The notes under the pieces were generated by a model. That model was not told the DNA's origin. It saw only the letters and a list, made by a program, of their open reading frames with translations, and did no database searches. Positions 58,013 to 64,000 of a stretch of DNA of 64,000 bases are shown here, one piece after another. The stretch's first letter is position 1. Every line of letters starts with the position of its first letter. The stretch lies in the NCBI GenBank assembly GCA_965203805.1, contig OZ241917.1, forward strand, positions 5,760,001-5,824,000. The letters are read 5' to 3'. The translations under genes were made by a program, and so were the position numbers. The stretch comes from Candidatus Latescibacterota bacterium. Lineage in GTDB: Bacteria > Latescibacterota > UBA2968 > GCA-2709665.

Positions 58013-58735
58013 TCAGGCGTGGGTCTCTGCGTCGTCTTCGGGGGCGTAGCCGAGTTCCTCGCGGGCGTTTCGGAGGTCCCAGTACGCGCGGGTATTGTTC
58101 GATATGCCATAGTAAATGCCGAAGTGAACGTCGGCTTCGATGCTGCACCGCACGAGTTGGACGGTGTCGCGGTGGCTGAGCCAGGACGCGAGGATCCGGT
58201 CGCTCGTTCGGTCGATCACCGAACCGACGGGTTGAAAGGATCCGATGCGCAGACAGATCACCGAGAGTCCGAAGGCGTCCGCGTAGTACCGGCCGAGATC
58301 TTCACCGAAGGCCTTGCTCGCGCCGTAGAAACTGTCGGGCCGCGCGTTCACCTCGGTCGTGGTGCCGATGCCGTTCTTTTCGTAGAACCCGGTAACGTGG
58401 TTGCTGCTGGCGAACACGACGCGGCCGACGCCGGTCCGGCGGGCCGCCTCGTACACCGTGTAGGCGCCGCGGATGTTGGCCTCGAGGATGTCTTCGAAGG
58501 AAGCGTTTCCGTTCGGATTTCCGGCCATGTGGACAACGGCGTCCACGCCGTCCACCGCCCGGACCACCTTGTCCACGTCCGTAATGCCTGAGATATGCAC
58601 CTCTTCGCCGGGTCGGGCCGGAATGACCGTGTTGTGATACAGCAGGCTGAGGCGGTAGTCGTCCTTCAATCCCTCTCGCAGAACGCGTCCGATTCGGCCG
58701 GCCGCGCCTGTGATGAGGATTTTCTTTTTTTTCAC
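58013..58735 (-). CDS. NAD-dependent epimerase / uronate dehydrogenase-like
   Basis: ITGAAGRIG, FASSNHVTG, RPDS.YG.SK, LRIGS, WLS.RD. Confidence 0.88.
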   Translation of the reverse strand: MKKKKILITGAAGRIGRVLREGLKDDYRLSLLYHNTVIPARPGEEVHISGITDVDKVVRAVDGVDAVVHMAGNPNGNASFEDILEANIRGAYTVYEAARRTGVGRVVFASSNHVTGFYEKNGIGTTTEVNARPDSFYGASKAFGEDLGRYYADAFGLSVICLRIGSFQPVGSVIDRTSDRILASWLSHRDTVQLVRCSIEADVHFGIYYGISNNTRAYWDLRNAREELGYAPEDDAETHA

Positions 58736-58778
58736 GAGAGGCCCTTTGTGGGGGACGTGGACAGTGTTCCTTTCTCGT

Positions 58779-59615
58779 TTACAGGGGCTTCACGCCGGCC
58801 CATTCGGGAAGGAGCCTGGCCGCATTGTTCCAGAGGATGTCTCTCTTCGTCGCTTCTGAAAGATCGGCGCCGAGGGTCTTTCCCAGGCACTGCCCGAACA
58901 GGCGGACCGGCAGGTCGGACGCGAAAACGACGCGCCGGCCTCCCAGGGCATCCACCGCGGTTTCGACGATGCCGGCTTCGGGGTCGCCGCCGCCGGTGTC
59001 CACCACCAGGTTCGGGCAGTCCACGACGTGCTCAATGCCCCTGAGCCCGCATCCGTTGAGGTGGGCCATGATGATTTTTGCTGCGGGGTGTTTACGCGCG
59101 AGATCGGCCACGTCCTGCGGAAAGGATTCGCCGGGCAGGTTGCCGGTGGTCTTGTCCCACGCGTGCTGCAGCACCGGGACGCCGAGTTCGGCGGCGCGTC
59201 GCATAACAGGGTCCAGGCCGGCGTCGGTAGCCCGGCGGGCCACCCAGAGCTTGACCCCGCACATGCGTTCTTCCAGGATGCAGCGGTCGATCTCGCGGAC
59301 GGACTCCTCGGGAAAGGCGGGATTGACGTAGCAGAATGGCAGGAAAGCCTCCGGCGCCAGATCGCGCATCCGCAGGTTGTAGTCGTTGCCGTCCCTGCAG
59401 TGTTGCATGGCAGGTTCGTACAGGGGGCGGCCGGCGCCGGATGCGGGATGCAGCAGAAAGATGCACATCTTCACGATCCCGGCCCGCCCGGCGGCGTCCA
59501 GGATCTTCGCGGCGTCGGCCTGGACGGAGGGCGCGCGCGGGCCGAGCGGGTGGACGTGCACGTCAAGCACGGCGCAGGGCGGTTTCAGTGCGTCTCTCAA
59601 CGTTGTGAGGTCCAC
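58779..59615 (-). CDS. Amidohydrolase_2 family protein
   Basis: DVHVH, GVKL, PVLQH, IMAH..G, FASD.P. Confidence 0.85.
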   Translation of the reverse strand: MDLTTLRDALKPPCAVLDVHVHPLGPRAPSVQADAAKILDAAGRAGIVKMCIFLLHPASGAGRPLYEPAMQHCRDGNDYNLRMRDLAPEAFLPFCYVNPAFPEESVREIDRCILEERMCGVKLWVARRATDAGLDPVMRRAAELGVPVLQHAWDKTTGNLPGESFPQDVADLARKHPAAKIIMAHLNGCGLRGIEHVVDCPNLVVDTGGGDPEAGIVETAVDALGGRRVVFASDLPVRLFGQCLGKTLGADLSEATKRDILWNNAARLLPEWAGVKPL

Positions 59616-59627
59616 CCGGAACTCCTG

Positions 59628-60380
59628 TTACCAATCGATGATTCGCCCGGCGTTCCCGCCGAGGATGGCCGATGCGTCGTCGTCGGAAAGGTCGGTGGCC
59701 ACGCGCGAGAGGGCCGAGTAAGGGATGAAGAGCGGCGCGTGAGAGCCGAACAGCAATCGGTCCCGCAGGCCGTCTTCGACCAGCACCTTTATCGCATCCA
59801 TGCCGTCCGCCTGGGAGACGTCGGCGTACAGGTTAGGCAGGTCGGGGAATCTGTCCTTGAGCGCTCTGATTTCTCCCGTACGGGGGCCGCCGATGATCAT
59901 GAGAAGATCGGCATGCCGTTCCGCGGCGTCCGCGACCGCCGCGGCGGGGACGTCGGAAACCTGCGCGAGCGGATGCTGACGGCGGGGATCCTCGAGCCGG
60001 GTCTGGACGATGACCCCGAGCCCGGCGCCGGCGAGGGCGGCGAACAGGTCGGACGCGGAGTTCAGATCGTACCCGGAATAGGCCGGCTGGAGTTTGACCA
60101 GCCGGACCCGCGGCTGCGCTTTCGCCCGCTCGAGTTCGCCGCGCCATGTGGCGATCGTCGGGTCCAGGACGGGTACGGGCCAGACGTCGTCGGTTCCGCC
60201 CGATGCGACGTAGAGGTCGTCGTTGAACCGATGGGGGTTGCGGCACCAGGCGGCGTCGAGCGGCGAGACGCAGATGCGGTCCACCCCATATTCTCTCAGC
60301 GATGCGCGCACCCGGCCCAGGGCGCCCGCGACGGGATGGGTCGGCCAGTGTCCGGTGTAGGCGTTGACGTCGATAATCAT
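59628..60380 (-). CDS. Amidohydrolase_2-like protein (degenerate metal ligands)
   Basis: MIIDVNAY.G.WP, VKL.P.Y.GY, LLFGS.AP, ILGGNA. Confidence 0.8.
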   Translation of the reverse strand: MIIDVNAYTGHWPTHPVAGALGRVRASLREYGVDRICVSPLDAAWCRNPHRFNDDLYVASGGTDDVWPVPVLDPTIATWRGELERAKAQPRVRLVKLQPAYSGYDLNSASDLFAALAGAGLGVIVQTRLEDPRRQHPLAQVSDVPAAAVADAAERHADLLMIIGGPRTGEIRALKDRFPDLPNLYADVSQADGMDAIKVLVEDGLRDRLLFGSHAPLFIPYSALSRVATDLSDDDASAILGGNAGRIIDW

Positions 60381-60456
60381 GGCGTTCTCCGCTGCGTGGA
60401 TTTTGTTTCTGACAGGGCCGGACGGACCCGCGCTGCTCCGGTTCCGCGACAACCGG

Positions 60457-61290
60457 TCAGATGGGTTCGACGCCGGCCCACGCCGGCAGAAGACGGGCAG
60501 TGTTGTTCCACAGGATCTCTTTCTTGACGGCGTCCGGGAGATCGGTTCCCAGCGTCTTGCCCAGCTGCACGCCAAAATGGCGGATCGGGGCGTCTGAGCC
60601 GTAGACGATGCGTTCGGTCCCGATGGTCGCCGCGGCGGCTTCGACGATTCCGCTGTCCGGGTCTCCTCCGGATGTGTCCACGTGAATGTTCGGACAGTCT
60701 GCCACGTCTTCCATGCCGGCCAGACCGCACCCGTTCATGTGAGCCATGATGATGTCGGCCGCAGGGTGGCGACGCGCCAGGTGCGCCACGTCGGCCGGAA
60801 TGGATTCACCCACAAGATTGCCGTTGGTCTTGATCCATGCGTGTTGCAGCACGGGAACGCCGAATTGTACGGCCCGTTCCAGGATGGGGTCCAGTCCCGG
60901 ATCCGTAGCGCGGCGGGCAACCCACAACTTGATCCCGCACATACGCTCGCTTTCGACGCAGCGGTCGATTTCCGCAACGGATTCGACCGGGTACATCGGA
61001 TTGACGTAGCAGAAGGGGATAAAGATCTCCGGCGCGACGTCCCGCATCGCCAGAGCATAGTCGTTCGCCTGCCTGAACGCTTCAACCGACGGCTCCCGCG
61101 GGCAGGTGGTGTGCAGGGAAAAAAGGCACATCTTTTCCACTCCCGAGCGCCTGGCGGATTCAATGATCAGGCGCGCGTCTTCCCTGACGTCGGCAATCCT
61201 GTAGAGTCCGAAGCAGTCCAGCGGATGCACATGGACGTCCAGGGCCGGGCAGAGCGGTTGCAGGCGGTTCTTCATTTCGGAAGCCGTCAT
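60457..61290 (-). CDS. Amidohydrolase_2 family protein (paralog of 58779-59615)
   Basis: LDVHVHP, PFCYVNP, GIKLWVARRATD, GSDAP. Confidence 0.85.
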   Translation of the reverse strand: MTASEMKNRLQPLCPALDVHVHPLDCFGLYRIADVREDARLIIESARRSGVEKMCLFSLHTTCPREPSVEAFRQANDYALAMRDVAPEIFIPFCYVNPMYPVESVAEIDRCVESERMCGIKLWVARRATDPGLDPILERAVQFGVPVLQHAWIKTNGNLVGESIPADVAHLARRHPAADIIMAHMNGCGLAGMEDVADCPNIHVDTSGGDPDSGIVEAAAATIGTERIVYGSDAPIRHFGVQLGKTLGTDLPDAVKKEILWNNTARLLPAWAGVEPI

Positions 61291-61433
61291 CGCTTTCTCC
61301 GGGATGAAGCACAACGTCTAAGAAGCACACGATCCGGTGGGTGCTTTTTTCGATAAATCCCTTGCCCCCGCAATTCGTCCCATATATAATTAACTTGCGC
61401 GCAAATGTCAGCAGATTTCGGCACGGGAGGAAG

Positions 61434-62207
61434 ATGAAAGCGATTATCATGGCGGCGGGTTACGCCACCCGCCTGTACCCGCTGACCCTGAATTTCCCGA
61501 AAGGGCTCCTCAAGGTGGGCGGGCGCACGATTGTGGACTATCTGATGGATCAGATCGAGTCCTTACCCGGGCTCGACGGGGTCTATCTGATAACCAACCG
61601 GCGGTTCGCCGGCCACTTCGAGCGGTGGGCGGCAGGGTGGAACGGTCGCCTGAACATCGACGTGATCGACGACGGCACCACCTCCAACGAGAACCGGCTG
61701 GGGGCGGTGGGGGACATCCGGTTCGCCATTCGCGCGCGGGCGGTATCGGATGATATTCTGGTGTGCGGATCGGACAATCTGCTTCAATTTCGCCTGAAGG
61801 ATCTGGTGGCCGACTTCCGCGCGAATCCGGCCGCCCACGTCTGCGTGGGTCGCGTGGACGATCCGGAGGACCGCAGGCGCCGCGGCATCGCGGTGCTGGA
61901 TGCAGACAACCGGGTGGTCAGGTTTGCCGAAAAACCCGATCGGCCGGAGTCGTCCTGGGGCTCGGCGGCCATCTATGTATATCCCGCGTCGACGCTGACG
62001 CGGTTCGACGAATATATCGAGAGCGGCCGGACGCCGGACGCGCCGGGTCACTTTGTGGAGTGGCTCTGCCAGGTGGAACCCGTCTACGCGCACAGGATTT
62101 CCGGCGGCGTGGTCGATATCGGAACTCCGGAAGCTCTGGAGCAGGCCAGGCGCGAGTACGGGGGCGCGGGGCGTCGGCCGGTTCAACGCAATCAGTGCGG
62201 GCAATGA
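61434..62207 (+). CDS. Sugar-phosphate nucleotidyltransferase
   Basis: MKAIIMAAGYATRLYPLT...PK.LL, EKP, DIGTPE. Confidence 0.92.
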   Translation: MKAIIMAAGYATRLYPLTLNFPKGLLKVGGRTIVDYLMDQIESLPGLDGVYLITNRRFAGHFERWAAGWNGRLNIDVIDDGTTSNENRLGAVGDIRFAIRARAVSDDILVCGSDNLLQFRLKDLVADFRANPAAHVCVGRVDDPEDRRRRGIAVLDADNRVVRFAEKPDRPESSWGSAAIYVYPASTLTRFDEYIESGRTPDAPGHFVEWLCQVEPVYAHRISGGVVDIGTPEALEQARREYGGAGRRPVQRNQCGQ

Positions 62208-63697
62208 CCATGTTTCATCTGATTCACCAAATGCGGTTCATTCATTCGAAGGCGGAGAAGGTGCTCAGGGGCGTATTCGCACTGCTTCTGATTCCGGTTG
62301 CGGCGTATGCCCACAGCCTCGGGGCGGATTTCGACGGGGACGGCGAAGTCGGCTTCGCGGATTTTCTGCTGTTTGCCGAAGCGTACGGGTCCACGAACGT
62401 CCGCTTCGATCTGAACGACGATGGAAATGTGGATTTCAACGACTTTCTGCTGTTCGCGGCGGACTTCGGCAGGGTGACGAATGAGGAGGGGGATACGGAC
62501 GTCGGGGGCGTCCGCTCCACGTTCGAGGCGATACAGGACCACATATTCAATGAAAGCTGCATCAGCAGTTCCTGCCACAGTTCGGCGTGGGCGGCCGCCG
62601 GACTTTCGCTCGAACCCGACGTGGCATATGAGCAACTGGTGGGGCGGGTGCCGCAGAACGCGAAGGCGCGGGAAGAAGGGATGCTGCTGGTCACGGCGGG
62701 GGATCCCGGAAAGAGCTTTCTGATCACGAAGCTGACCGGGTCCGGGGTGGGGTACGGCGATCGGATGCCCAGGTCGTATTCCAGTCTGAGCGGTGTCGCG
62801 ATCGACGCGGTCCGCGCGTGGGTCGCGGCCGGTGCGCCCCGGGACAGCGTGGTGGCGGACGCGCCCGATCTGGACAGGGTCCTGCACAGGACGGAGTTCC
62901 ACTTCCAGCCGCCCGCGCCGCCACGGCGGGGAATTCAGCTTCACCTGGAACCCTTCGCGGTCGCGCCGCGTTCGGAGCGTGAGATATTCTCAACCACCCG
63001 GCTCGGGGTCGTGGAAGACCTGATGGTGAACAGGATCGAGGTGGCGCAGCCGGAGGGCAGCCATCACTTCATTCTCTACCAGGCGACCGACGAAAACCCG
63101 CCCCCGCCGGGTATTCGCGACCTGGATCCGATTGAAGCTCTCGGGATCTTCCGGAAACGGTTTGTCGTGGGCAGCCAGTCTCCGAAGGCGGAGTTCGAAT
63201 TCCCCGAGGGCATTGCAATTCCGATGCCTGCCGACGCGGCCTACGAGCTGAACTCTCATTTCGTGAACACCTCGGGGGAGAACACGCTCATCGGCGAGGT
63301 CTACGTCAATCTGCACACGATACCCGCCGACAGCGTCAGGGAGGTGGCAAAGCCCATCTTCATCAGCAATTTCGGCATATCCGTTCCGCCGGGTCGAACG
63401 GAGACCACCGCGCGTGACTGGACGCTGGAGCGCGACGTCAACGTGATCATGCTGTCCTCGCACATGCATCGCCATGGCAGGCGATTCGATATCTTCCTGG
63501 GCGAGGAACGCATCTACCGGAACGAGGAATGGGACGAGCCGGTGACACTCGTATTCAATCCCGCGCTCGAGGTCAAGGCGGGAGAGCGGGTGAGGTTCGA
63601 GTGCACGCACGAAAACGACGACAAGGACTTCACAATCCGCTTCGGATTCACCGCCGAGAACGACGAAATGTGCATTATGCTGGGATATTACTATTAA
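62204..63697 (+). CDS. Secreted protein with EF-hand/dockerin-like repeats, CxxxxCH motif and copper type II (PHM-like) monooxygenase domain
   Basis: DFDGDGEVGFADF and DLNDDGNVDFNDF; CISSSCH...RMP; SHHF, NSH, SHMH, EMC copper-ligand pattern. Confidence 0.75.
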   Translation: MTMFHLIHQMRFIHSKAEKVLRGVFALLLIPVAAYAHSLGADFDGDGEVGFADFLLFAEAYGSTNVRFDLNDDGNVDFNDFLLFAADFGRVTNEEGDTDVGGVRSTFEAIQDHIFNESCISSSCHSSAWAAAGLSLEPDVAYEQLVGRVPQNAKAREEGMLLVTAGDPGKSFLITKLTGSGVGYGDRMPRSYSSLSGVAIDAVRAWVAAGAPRDSVVADAPDLDRVLHRTEFHFQPPAPPRRGIQLHLEPFAVAPRSEREIFSTTRLGVVEDLMVNRIEVAQPEGSHHFILYQATDENPPPPGIRDLDPIEALGIFRKRFVVGSQSPKAEFEFPEGIAIPMPADAAYELNSHFVNTSGENTLIGEVYVNLHTIPADSVREVAKPIFISNFGISVPPGRTETTARDWTLERDVNVIMLSSHMHRHGRRFDIFLGEERIYRNEEWDEPVTLVFNPALEVKAGERVRFECTHENDDKDFTIRFGFTAENDEMCIMLGYYY

Positions 63698-63999
63698 GCG
63701 GGCCGGGAACGGCCTGCCTGCGAAGGATGGATGCCGGAGGCAGACAAAGGCGGTCGGCGTCCCTGCGCGACGTTCCTCATGACCTCGTCGAACAAAGCCC
63801 CGTTGGTGGAAATGGCTTCGCCGCCCGCGATGGTCGCGTTTCCGCTCCAGTCGGTAAAGGTGCCGCCCGCTTCTTCCAGAATGGGCTGAAGCGCGGCGCA
63901 GTCCCACACGGCCATAATGGGGTCCAGCATGATCTCGGCGCGGCCGGTGGCGACCAGGATGTGTCCGTAGCAGTCCCCCCACCCCCTGCAATAGGCGAC
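63694..63999 (-). CDS. Inositol monophosphatase / HisN family, C-terminal part
   Basis: RGWGDCYGHILVATGRAEIMLDP.M..WD.AAL.PILEEAGG.FTDW; continues beyond window. Confidence 0.88.
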   Translation of the reverse strand, partial: VAYCRGWGDCYGHILVATGRAEIMLDPIMAVWDCAALQPILEEAGGTFTDWSGNATIAGGEAISTNGALFDEVMRNVAQGRRPPLSASGIHPSQAGRSRPA

Positions 64000-64000
64000 T

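Overview
GC-rich bacterial chromosome window. A diderm is indicated by lptE. The futalosine mqn genes, a DUF6785 protein and a dockerin/EF-hand-like DFDGDG domain suggest a Latescibacterota/Gemmatimonadota-like organism (inference). The core scaffold includes cysK, lptE, a form II cox-like SLM+coxG operon, an RND transporter, T-box-controlled archaeal-type pheST, tRNA-Leu(CAG), mqnECA, recN-nadK, xseAB, ymdB-rny-zapA-zapB, rplT-rpmI-infC-thrS, queE and several amidohydrolases. The most striking region is an ~8 kb island (5750-13700). It holds about 27 copies, in both orientations, of a ~30 bp motif (CATGGATGGACAGGATnnnCAGGATAAAACC, 9-nt periodic), arranged in ~135 bp and ~79 bp arrays around a GxxExxY (PD-(D/E)XK-like) gene whose own start is one repeat copy. 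The repeats are interleaved with toxin-antitoxin/defence-type cargo, gene remnants and an AhpD-like gene with an in-frame UGA (CxxU plus SECIS-like hairpin; candidate selenoprotein). A second, 30-33 bp palindromic element is inserted into other repeats, with filled and empty sites both visible in the window.
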